Below are positions 1 to 7,668 of a DNA stretch of 34,137 nt, piece by piece. A program made the position numbers and the translations under genes. The stretch covers positions 1-34,137 of the forward strand of contig JBDTIG010000037.1 in assembly GCA_039936495.1 (NCBI GenBank), read 5' to 3'. Under the pieces are notes generated by a model. The model had not been told where the DNA came from and searched no databases. It saw only the letters and a program-made list of their open reading frames with translations. The number at the start of each line of letters is the position of its first letter. Position 1 is the stretch's first letter. Source of the DNA: Candidatus Saccharimonas sp. Its GTDB lineage: Bacteria > Patescibacteriota > Saccharimonadia > Saccharimonadales > Saccharimonadaceae.

Positions 1-868
1 CGATGATACCGATACTGAGCAGTTGGACGCCACCTAGGAATAAGATTGCCGCCATTGTCGACGAGTAGCCCGCACCGGTCGCGACGCCGAAAATTGGTCG
101 AATCAGCAGGTAAAGGATGTAGATGAAAGCGACTGACGAGACAATAGCACCGACGACGCTCGAAATCCTCAATGGGGCTGTCGTGAAGCTGGTGATGCCG
201 TCGATGGCTAGATTTACTAGCTTAGTGTAGTTCCATTTACTTTGTCCGGCCGCGCGCTCGTCACGGTCGTAGAGGATTTCCTTTTTCTTGTAGCCGATCC
301 AGCTAAACATACCCTTGGTGTAGCGCTCTGATTCACGGAATTTCTTTAACGCCTCGATGCAACGCCTATCAAGTAGACGGAAATCGCCGGTGTCGATTTG
401 AATTGGTATTGATGTCGATATTTGTAGGAGCTGATAGTACCAGCGACTAGTGTGTTTTTTCACAGCGCTCTCGCCGGCTCGGCTGCGTCTGCGCGCAAAG
501 ACATCGTCATAGCCCTGTTCCCAATATTTGATCATTTTGACGATTAACTCTGGCGGATCTTGCAGGTCGGCGTCGATTATCACCATAGCGTCACCGCGCA
601 CATAGTCGAAGCCGGCCAGCATAGCGGTCTCTTTGCCGAAGTTGCGGCTCAGGTTAATGTAGGCGACGCGTGGATCTTTGGCGGCTCTATCGCGGATAAT
701 TTCATAAGTTCGGTCCCGGCTACCGTCGTTGACAAAGAAAAACTCAAAATCATAATCAGGTACCTTAGCCGTCAGCCCATCGAGCCGACTAAATAACTGC
801 CCTAGCACCTCTTGCTCGTTATAAGCGGGGATAAGTATAGAGATAAGCTTTCGAGATGAGCTAGTCAT
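1..868 (-). CDS. GT2 polyprenol-phosphate glycosyltransferase (GtrB/YkcC-like), 3' end runs off window
   Basis: Not in ORF track. Manual translation from ATG 868: MTSSSRKLISILIPAYNEQEVL...VNDGSRD...SRNFGKE...IIDADLQDPPELI...DTGDFRLLDR...AIDGITSFTTAPLR followed by hydrophobic segments. Start overlaps the KilA-N stop (ATGACTAG). Confidence 0.93.
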   Translation of the reverse strand, partial: MTSSSRKLISILIPAYNEQEVLGQLFSRLDGLTAKVPDYDFEFFFVNDGSRDRTYEIIRDRAAKDPRVAYINLSRNFGKETAMLAGFDYVRGDAMVIIDADLQDPPELIVKMIKYWEQGYDDVFARRRSRAGESAVKKHTSRWYYQLLQISTSIPIQIDTGDFRLLDRRCIEALKKFRESERYTKGMFSWIGYKKKEILYDRDERAAGQSKWNYTKLVNLAIDGITSFTTAPLRISSVVGAIVSSVAFIYILYLLIRPIFGVATGAGYSSTMAAILFLGGVQLLSIGII

Positions 869-1706
869 ATTTTTCTCCTAAGTATTTTTTGTCATCTGGA
901 TTGCTATGCAATAGTGCGTCGTACTGTCGATTAGATTCCTTTGCAAGGATTATAATTCTTTCTGTTTGCGTCTTTTTATTCGCAATCAGATGAGAGTTTA
1001 GGCTTTCGAGGTTAGCCAGAATAATTAACTGCTCCGAAGATGCATAGTCTCGTTGGTTTCTCTGCCCTACACCAAGACTAGGGTTGTCGGTTTTCCACTT
1101 AGCAGCCGTTTGTCCGAAAACTAATCGATTTAGCATATCCGCCTCACCGGTGTAGACATATTGATGGATGGCGTCTTGGCGGAGAGACGGGATTATATAT
1201 TCTTTTATAGCATCTGTATGTAGCCGATAATTAGCACGCGATAAGAAGCGACGCGAGTCCCACTCGATAACCTTAGACTCGAGCGATTTAAGCCTTTGGT
1301 ACTCATTAATTATGAGTAATTTAAATTCGGGACTAAGCCAGGTCCCAAACTCAAAAGCGATATCTTTATGCGCAAATGTCCCACCAAATCGCCCAGTTTT
1401 AGCTACTAATCCTTTGGCAGCGGTTTGTTTCGTCCATTCTTTTACGGATATAGTGAATCTATTTAGCCCCGCAAAGTTTTTAATTACCTCGAATTCGAGG
1501 TAATTAAACTGAGGGTTGTTAAACTTTTCCCACACGCCCAAGAATTCAATTGTGTTTTTGTTGCGTAGCCAGTTTTCTACTACACGGTCTGCGCCGTAAC
1601 TTTTAGCCATATCTGTCAAACAAATGTAATCTTCATTCTCAATTTTAGTGATTTTTACCTCATAATCGTTTATGTCCATAGTGAGGTTGCTCGGGATTGG
1701 GGTCAT
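861..1706 (-). CDS. KilA-N domain DNA-binding protein
   Basis: DYICLTDMAK...NWLRNKNTIEFLGVWE...GRFGGTFAHKDIAFEFGTWLSPEFKL...NYRLHTDAIK is typical of this KilA-N family. Confidence 0.88.
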   Translation of the reverse strand: MTPIPSNLTMDINDYEVKITKIENEDYICLTDMAKSYGADRVVENWLRNKNTIEFLGVWEKFNNPQFNYLEFEVIKNFAGLNRFTISVKEWTKQTAAKGLVAKTGRFGGTFAHKDIAFEFGTWLSPEFKLLIINEYQRLKSLESKVIEWDSRRFLSRANYRLHTDAIKEYIIPSLRQDAIHQYVYTGEADMLNRLVFGQTAAKWKTDNPSLGVGQRNQRDYASSEQLIILANLESLNSHLIANKKTQTERIIILAKESNRQYDALLHSNPDDKKYLGEKYD

Positions 1707-1713
1707 AGTATAG

Positions 1714-1744
1714 ATTATATCATCTTGTGGACGGTCGGTGGCAA
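1714..1744 (-). promoter_or_regulatory. Putative sigma70 promoter of the KilA-N gene (leaderless)
   Basis: Minus strand TTGCCA-N19-TATAAT with TGn extension; -10 lies 7 nt before the ATG. Confidence 0.55.
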
Positions 1745-1802
1745 GCTTACTTCATGCCGAGTCATCTGGGAAAACCAGAGAAGTTATTTATATAGTAGAG
1801 CG

Positions 1803-2241
1803 CCAACCTCACGGAGTTTAGGGGTCGTGCAGTCATTGGGTGCGCTAACCCCACAGAATATCGAGGTGGCTTCGCGGACGCGGTGAGTATCCGCTCTAAA
1901 TAAACAGGCATCTTGCGTAACTCGAGGGCCAAGTCCCTCTCAGACATACTCAGATGGCCTTGTTTATTTATATCGTCCACTCCCGGCCCCTGCAGATACC
2001 TCGAGGTCCCGTGGGCCAGCGCCCCAGGCTCATGTAGCCAATATTGCCTCGTGAATTCTGTAGCTCGGGGGTCCGGGGTATCTGCAGGGGCCGAAGGGTA
2101 GGTGCTAAAAGAAACAAGGCCATCCGAGTATGTTTGAGGGCTTTAGCCCGAGTTACGCAGGATGCCAGTTTATTTGCAGCATCTACCCTTCGCGACACGA
2201 AGCCACCCCGGAGTTTTTCGTTCTTTTGACTGCAAAAGAAC
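1803..2241 (+). ncRNA. Candidate large structured ncRNA or foldback element of unknown family
   Basis: Nested inverted repeats: 1865-1874/2198-2207 (10/10), 1898-1924/2149-2175 (25/27), 1939-1965/2112-2138 (25/27), 1984-2000/2077-2093 (17/17). TATAGT at 1791-1796 and T-tract at 2214-2227. The structure is certain; RNA identity and strand are inferred. Confidence 0.5.
2220..2241. terminator. Perfect 9-bp hairpin just downstream of sucD
   Basis: GTTCTTTTG-actg-CAAAAGAAC. No clear U-tail in the sucD direction, so terminator function is uncertain. Confidence 0.35.
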
Positions 2242-2257
2242 ATCTAAGAAGAATTTG

Positions 2258-3118
2258 TTATCTGATTTTTGCTATCAACTCAGTGATGCTATCCGCCGTA
2301 ATCGCGCCAGATTTGGCCAGATATTTCGTCTTAGCCCTAGCCGACTCCATCTCATTTGTCCCAAGTATCGCCCCAGCATGCCCCATCTGCACACCAGCCG
2401 GTGCCGAGTGTCCTGCCACATAAGCATAAACCGACTTTTTTATCTCATGCTTGATATAATCTGCCGTATTTATCTCATCGGTTCCACCGATTTCACCGAT
2501 CATGACGATGCGCTTTACCTCTGGGTCAGACTCAAATAATTCCAAACAATCAACGAAGTTGCTACCTCGAATCATATCGCCCCCGATACCGATGACATAC
2601 TTCTGCCCCAAACCACGCTTGGTCAGTAAATCCATCGCTTCATAGGTCAAGGTGCCACTTCGGCTGACGATGGCCGTATCACCAGCCAGCGCCAGGTGGG
2701 CTGGGATGATGCCGAGCAGTTGTTTGCCCGGTATTAGCACTCCAGGGCAATTAGGCCCGATTAGCGTACTCTGGCTCGATTTCAGTCGCTGATTTACCGC
2801 TAGCATGTCGTGAACTGGGATATGTTCGGTGATGCAGACGATTAACGACACTTTTGCTTCGATTGCTTCAAATATCGCGCCGCGCGCATGTGGCGCTGGC
2901 ACGAAAATGACCGATATATCGACGGTGTGGTCGGCTTGGATGTCCCGGATCGATTTATAGACTGGTACGCCATAGACTTTGCTGCCAGATTTGGTCGGAG
3001 AAGTTCCCGCCACTATCTGTGTGCCATAATCGAGCATATTTCGAGTGTGGAATTGGCCGTTTTTACCGGTTATACCCTGAACGATGACATTCTTGGCGGT
3101 AAAGAGTGATTTATCCAT
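2258..3118 (-). CDS. sucD: Succinyl-CoA synthetase alpha subunit
   Basis: VIVQGITGK, CITEHIPVHDM, IGPNCPG, SRSGTLTYE, GIGGD, IGEIGG and the phospho-His motif MGHAGA. Confidence 0.96.
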   Translation of the reverse strand: MDKSLFTAKNVIVQGITGKNGQFHTRNMLDYGTQIVAGTSPTKSGSKVYGVPVYKSIRDIQADHTVDISVIFVPAPHARGAIFEAIEAKVSLIVCITEHIPVHDMLAVNQRLKSSQSTLIGPNCPGVLIPGKQLLGIIPAHLALAGDTAIVSRSGTLTYEAMDLLTKRGLGQKYVIGIGGDMIRGSNFVDCLELFESDPEVKRIVMIGEIGGTDEINTADYIKHEIKKSVYAYVAGHSAPAGVQMGHAGAILGTNEMESARAKTKYLAKSGAITADSITELIAKIR

Positions 3119-4169
3119 GATTCACCCCATCGATACAAGCTGTTAGGTCAGGGTAGAGCGTCAGCCCTTCGTCCTGTAGCAGTTCAGCTGCTTCAGCGCG
3201 CCGATTACCACTCAGGCGGATGTAGAGCGGCGGTAGGCTAGGGAACTCGGCTTTGGCGGCGATGATAGCCTCAGCCACATCGTCGCAGCGGACGATTCCA
3301 CCAAATATATTGATAATTATGACAGATATCTTTGGAAATTCGAGTATTTTATGAAAACTTGCCACGATACTCTCAACCGAAGCTCCACCCCCGATATCGA
3401 GGAAGTTGGCCGGTTTCAGTCCGGCAGCTTTGACGGCATCGACTGTCGCCATAGCCAGACCGGCGCCGTTCGCAATAGTGGCAACTGTGCCGGTAGCGTC
3501 GAGCGCCACGAAATTCGAGTTTTCTGGGAGGGATTCAAATTTCCACTCTGGATGGCGAAATCCCGCATCAGCGTCGAGCGTCATCTTGCAGTCACCGGCC
3601 ACTAATTTGCCGTTTCGAGTATAAATTAGCGGGTTTATCTCGAGCAAAGTCGCGTCTGAGGCCACCACGCAGTCATGTAGGCGCTTGACCAGCTCTTGCA
3701 GTACAAAGGTTTGCTGGGGTAAATCATAGTACTCCGCCAGCGATTCGCCGATTTCGTCGGCTTGTCTGGTAATTAGCTCTTTGCGCCAGAAATCAGCGCT
3801 ATCATGCGATTCTACCTCGATACCGCCCTCGCGGTGGGCGATTAGCTCGATAGTGCTAGCCTCGCGGTTGATGACGACCGCCAGGTAGTATTCGTTGGCG
3901 ATATCGAGGACTTCCTCAGTCAGCAGCGACTGCGGCAATTCGCCTTTTATCTCGAGAGAATATAACTTTTTTATCTCATGACTGATATCTTTTTGGTCAT
4001 TTACGACCCGGATTCCTCCAGCTTTACCGCGTCCGCCCGTATGGACTTGAGACTTTAATACGATTGGCGCCGTCGGCAGAGCATCGTCGAGCCGAAACAC
4101 CTCGCCACGAGGTGTCGGTATGTCGAACCGTCGCAAGATAGCCTTGGCTTCGTACTCGAGTAGATTCAT
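3111..4169 (-). CDS. sucC: Succinyl-CoA synthetase beta subunit (compact, 352 aa)
   Basis: MNLLEYEAK, KSQVHTGGRGKAGG, EINPL, NGAGLAMAT, PANFLDIGGGA, NIFGGIVRCD; overlaps the sucD start. Confidence 0.95.
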   Translation of the reverse strand: MNLLEYEAKAILRRFDIPTPRGEVFRLDDALPTAPIVLKSQVHTGGRGKAGGIRVVNDQKDISHEIKKLYSLEIKGELPQSLLTEEVLDIANEYYLAVVINREASTIELIAHREGGIEVESHDSADFWRKELITRQADEIGESLAEYYDLPQQTFVLQELVKRLHDCVVASDATLLEINPLIYTRNGKLVAGDCKMTLDADAGFRHPEWKFESLPENSNFVALDATGTVATIANGAGLAMATVDAVKAAGLKPANFLDIGGGASVESIVASFHKILEFPKISVIIINIFGGIVRCDDVAEAIIAAKAEFPSLPPLYIRLSGNRRAEAAELLQDEGLTLYPDLTACIDGVNHG

Positions 4170-4181
4170 AGCTCTATTCTA

Positions 4182-4781
4182 CTATATGTTTGGCGAGGTG
4201 ATGGATGACATCATTGAGAGTAGCAAAGTGCAATCGCCTTTAAAAGCCTGAATAGAGGCAGTGATGTTACTAGCAGGGTCAATATTAGACCAATCAACGA
4301 ACCATCCAGAATTTTCAGCGACTAGCCCGAGGAAGGTACGAATTAGTCGTCCATTGCCCTCTCTGAAAGGATGGATGGCATTCAACTCGGAGTGATAATG
4401 GGTAATTGCGCTTACAAAAACATCCTTCTCTCGTGATTGCAGTTTTGTGTCGGCAGTGAGTTCGCTAAATAGAGTATCGAGGGACGCGTCTATATACGCA
4501 GAGTGAGCAAAGTACGAATCTCCCTTACTGATGTCGATAGATCTGAGACTACCCGCCCATTCATAAATATTTCCGAATATTTCGCGATGAAGTTCTAAGA
4601 AGAGACCTTTAGTGAAGTCAGCCTGTTTTATATTGGCCGGCAGCTGAACAGAAGCAATGATAGCGGCTGTAATTTCAGCTTCAGCTTGTTCAAGCGAGTG
4701 AGCGTCGGCAATATCAAGTTTATTGATGAGAATACCCGTTGTCGTATCTATGTATGGGTCATTCGCGGCATCGTAAGGCAT
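4182..4781 (-). CDS. Fic-family (FicT-like) toxin / adenylyltransferase
   Basis: Canonical HPFREGNGR motif; N-terminal DPY...GILINKL and LH..IF..IY.WAG..R typical of stand-alone Fic proteins. Confidence 0.93.
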   Translation of the reverse strand: MPYDAANDPYIDTTTGILINKLDIADAHSLEQAEAEITAAIIASVQLPANIKQADFTKGLFLELHREIFGNIYEWAGSLRSIDISKGDSYFAHSAYIDASLDTLFSELTADTKLQSREKDVFVSAITHYHSELNAIHPFREGNGRLIRTFLGLVAENSGWFVDWSNIDPASNITASIQAFKGDCTLLLSMMSSITSPNI

Positions 4782-4783
4782 GG

Positions 4784-4975
4784 CTATTTAGATGGAGATA
4801 ACGTGTTTCGTACTTGTTGGAGAGTTTGTTGACGGAGCGCTTGGGCGCTAATCTTTCCGTCTGCGTACCGTAAAAGGCGAGCCTGTGTTCGTGCCGAAGG
4901 AGCCAGTCCTTCAGCTCGAACTGATCCGATGGCAGATGCAACAGATTTTTGTCGTGCTTTAGTTGACTTTATCAT
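4784..4975 (-). CDS. VbhA/FicA-like antitoxin
   Basis: 63 aa immediately upstream of fic with the inhibitory (S/T)xxxE(G/N) motif SVRAEG and a YADGKIS segment. Confidence 0.85.
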   Translation of the reverse strand: MIKSTKARQKSVASAIGSVRAEGLAPSARTQARLLRYADGKISAQALRQQTLQQVRNTLSPSK

Positions 4976-4981
4976 GTGTAT

Positions 4982-5010
4982 ATTATATCAAAGTAAGAGC
5001 TATTTTACAA
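4982..5010 (-). promoter_or_regulatory. Putative sigma70 promoter of the antitoxin-fic operon
   Basis: TTGTAA-N17-TATAAT with TGn extended -10, 6 nt before the ATG. Confidence 0.7.
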
Positions 5011-5045
5011 CCAAAACGGTTATGCTAGTAGATTATCGTGGATAC

Positions 5046-5231
5046 TTAGGTAGATTCTCGTAATCTCTCGAGTAATCCTTTGGCGGACTCTTCCCATGAG
5101 TATTTGGCTGATTGGCGAGGGCCGAGCTTTGATAGCTTGGTGGCTAGGGCTGGGTCGGTTATCAGTCTCTCTAGACCATCCCGGACACCGTTGACTGTTT
5201 TCTCGGTCCAGAGACAGGCATCATCACCGAC
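5046..5231 (-). pseudogene. C-terminal remnant of a GT4 glycosyltransferase
   Basis: Unannotated frame reads VGDDACLWTEKTVNGVRDGLERLITDPALATKLSKLGPRQSAKYSWEESAKGLLERLREST*, aligning without gaps to the GT4 C-terminus at 11868-13025 (VGDAALL...GKRQVSKFSWDDSARKLL). Confidence 0.75.
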
Positions 5232-5257
5232 CGGTATAGACTTGCAATTTCAGCACG

Positions 5258-5365
5258 AACAGGCGTAATTGGCAGCTTATCGCCAATCCGAAATACCTTG
5301 CCACTAGGGATTGGTATGTCGAACCGTCGCAAGACAGCCTTGGCTTCGTATTCGAGTAAATTCAT
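5258..5365 (-). pseudogene. sucC: 5' fragment of a second sucC copy (~36 codons)
   Basis: MNLLEYEAKAVLRRFDIPIPSGKVFR vs MNLLEYEAKAILRRFDIPTPRGEVFR; 5313-5366 matches 4117-4170 at 51/54 nt. Confidence 0.88.
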
Positions 5366-5542
5366 ATGTCGATTATACCTTACTATAAGATCGCTCCTAA
5401 TGAGTCTTCGCCGGTTTTAGCAAGGGATGCATTCTGACGATGTATGGGCATACAAGATATTGGGCTACAGGTGTTAAATGATGAATTTTTGTGTATAATA
5501 TAAGTATTACATGCGTAAAGTCTAGTTAAGGAAAGTGGAGAG

Positions 5543-6532
5543 ATGGCAGAAAAACGAGCACTCATTACTGGTATCACAGGTCAAGATGGTGGGCATCTTG
5601 CGCAGCTACTGCACTCAAAGGGATATAAGGTCTTTGGAATTATTCGCGGGCAGCACAATCCGCGCTTACGGCAAACTGAAGAAGAGATGCCATATGTGAC
5701 GCTTATCGAAGCAGATCTTCTCGATCAGTCTTCTATAGTGCGTGCTTTAGTACTATCGAAGCCTGACGAGGTGTATAATCTCGCTGCTATCAGCCACGTA
5801 GGTTATTCGTTCAAGAACCCGCAGCTAACTATCGACGTAACGGCGAAGGGAGTTCTAAATGTGCTCGAGGCCATCCGCTTAACTGACAAGGACAACAAAG
5901 TACGATTCTACCAGGCTTCGACTTCAGAGATGTTTGGTGGTCTAGACTATAACCGACCAGAGGGTGGGTACACTGAAGAGTCTTCATTCCATCCGCGTAG
6001 CCCGTACGGAGTTGCAAAGCTATATGGCTATTGGATAACCAAGAACTATCGTGAGAGCTACAAAATGTTTGCTGTATCGGGAATTCTTTTCAACCACGAA
6101 GGTGAACGCCGTGGCATCGAGTTTGTAACACGTAAAATCACTAACGCAGTTGCTCGGATTAAATTAGGCAAGCAGGAGTATATCGAGCTTGGTGACCTAT
6201 GGCCAAAGCGCGATTGGGGCTATGCGGGTGATTATGTAGAGGGTATGTGGATGATGCTTCAGCAGAAAGAGCCTGAAGATTTTGTATTAGCGACAGGCGA
6301 GGCACACTCAATCGAGGAGTTCCTTGATCTTGCATTTTTGGAGATTGGTATCGATGACTGGAAGCCATATGTCAGACAGAATCCAGCGTTTATGCGCCCT
6401 GCAGAGGTGAATCTACTTCTTGGCAATCCAGCAAAGGCCGAGAAAGTACTTGGCTGGAAGCGTAAAGTTGACTTTCCTGGACTCGTTAAGCTGATGGTCC
6501 AACACGACCTTGGGCTAGAAGAGACCAAATAG
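5543..6532 (+). CDS. gmd: GDP-mannose 4,6-dehydratase
   Basis: ALITGITGQDG, PDEVYNLAA.SHV, FYQASTSEMFG, PRSPYGVAK, NYRESY, GILFNHE, FVTRKI, RDWG, RPAEV. Confidence 0.96.
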   Translation: MAEKRALITGITGQDGGHLAQLLHSKGYKVFGIIRGQHNPRLRQTEEEMPYVTLIEADLLDQSSIVRALVLSKPDEVYNLAAISHVGYSFKNPQLTIDVTAKGVLNVLEAIRLTDKDNKVRFYQASTSEMFGGLDYNRPEGGYTEESSFHPRSPYGVAKLYGYWITKNYRESYKMFAVSGILFNHEGERRGIEFVTRKITNAVARIKLGKQEYIELGDLWPKRDWGYAGDYVEGMWMMLQQKEPEDFVLATGEAHSIEEFLDLAFLEIGIDDWKPYVRQNPAFMRPAEVNLLLGNPAKAEKVLGWKRKVDFPGLVKLMVQHDLGLEETK

Positions 6533-6678
6533 TCTATAGCTTAGCGCGGGTTAGGCCGAGAGAGAATTTACGTCAGACCTTAGACCGCAAAGATGACCCA
6601 CGATATTGAGCATAAGGTGACGTAATCGATTGCAAATACCGTGTTTTTAGACCTTAACCGAGAGGCCAGTGCGTGATA

Positions 6679-7611
6679 TTATTTTTGAGATGCGACAAAG
6701 TCTTTGATCGTCTGTCGTATATCTATTTTAGGTTGCCACCCTGTGTCATCACGAAGTCGAGAAGAGTTTCCATATATATCCATGATATCTGTGGGGCGGA
6801 CATTTGATGGATCAACGACTGGCGTGATATCTGTTACTCCCATTGTCTCCTGTAGCATACCGAGTATATCTGTACCCGCAAGGCTACGCCCGGTGCATAT
6901 GTTGTAGAGCCCATAGTTAAGCTTTTCTGTAGTGGCAATGAGTAGGTAGGCTTTTGCTATATCTCTCACGTCCGTATAATCTCGCCGCGTCGCTAGGTTC
7001 CCCACTGATATAGAGTTCGCTCCACTACTAGATGCTTCTGTTAGCTGCGAATACAGATCAGGCAGGAGAAACCCTTTTCCTTGTCCGGGTCCGATATGGT
7101 TAAACGGACGGACTGTAACGGCATCAATACCCCGTAGGCGGAAATAGTTTGCTGTATGCTCGACTCCAAGCTTCCCAACGGCATATGGAGAATTCTCTAA
7201 CGACAAAGAGTCTTCAGTCAAAGGTAGCGACTGGTTGGGGCTGTATAGCGCTGCCGAGCTTACTATTATCGCTCTTCCCTTAAACTCTTGCTGGCGAGCA
7301 TGCTCGAGAAGATTATAAGTCATAGACACATTGTCGTTGATGTAAGGGAGCGCTTTCTTGAAAGACTCACCGACATTAGATAGTCCGGCGAGATGTATTA
7401 TTACTTTAACCTCTGATAAGTCTATGCGAGAGACGGAGCTGAAGTCTAAAAGGTTGCACTTAATATACTCTGAAAGTTGGCTACTTACTCTTTCTCCTGG
7501 GTTATTGTCGTGCCCAAGCCCTAAAGTTTCATATTCGGCATCGATGAATGTATTGACGACATGTTCGCCTACAAACCCGTTTACACCTGTTATTATAACC
7601 TTGTTAGCCAT
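6679..7611 (-). CDS. rmd: GDP-4-keto-6-deoxy-D-mannose reductase (Rmd-like extended SDR)
   Basis: ITGVNGFVG, HLAGLSNVGESF, SPYAVGK, RPFNHIGPGQ, VGNL...RDYTDVRDI..AY, RPTD; next to gmd. Start moved to ATG 7611 (MANKVII). Confidence 0.8.
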   Translation of the reverse strand: MANKVIITGVNGFVGEHVVNTFIDAEYETLGLGHDNNPGERVSSQLSEYIKCNLLDFSSVSRIDLSEVKVIIHLAGLSNVGESFKKALPYINDNVSMTYNLLEHARQQEFKGRAIIVSSAALYSPNQSLPLTEDSLSLENSPYAVGKLGVEHTANYFRLRGIDAVTVRPFNHIGPGQGKGFLLPDLYSQLTEASSSGANSISVGNLATRRDYTDVRDIAKAYLLIATTEKLNYGLYNICTGRSLAGTDILGMLQETMGVTDITPVVDPSNVRPTDIMDIYGNSSRLRDDTGWQPKIDIRQTIKDFVASQK

Positions 7612-7668
7612 ACATAAACCTATCTCGTCTTTAATTATTGACCGATTCCTTATATAATTATACATTAG

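Noticed and set aside
560-796. 78-aa + strand ORF
   Set aside because: Antisense shadow of the GT2 gene at 1-868.
1897-1970. Hairpin with AAC...GTT ends and bulged bases resembling an integron attC or dif site
   Set aside because: Ends do not fit RYYYAAC/GTTRRRY or XerC/D boxes, the L/R spacing is wrong, and there is no integrase or cassette array.
1861-2211. Foldback element as the cognate REPIN of the RAYT at 32085
   Set aside because: No sequence similarity to the 21-bp repeat flanking that RAYT; only the architecture is similar.
1762-2243. Four short overlapping ORFs (1762-1980, 1913-2101, 1968-2243, 2044-2229)
   Set aside because: They lie on both strands across the palindrome, with no recognisable motifs; best explained as by-products of the inverted repeat.
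5383-5577. 64-aa minus strand ORF
   Set aside because: Spans the divergent promoter region and the gmd start; no coding signature.
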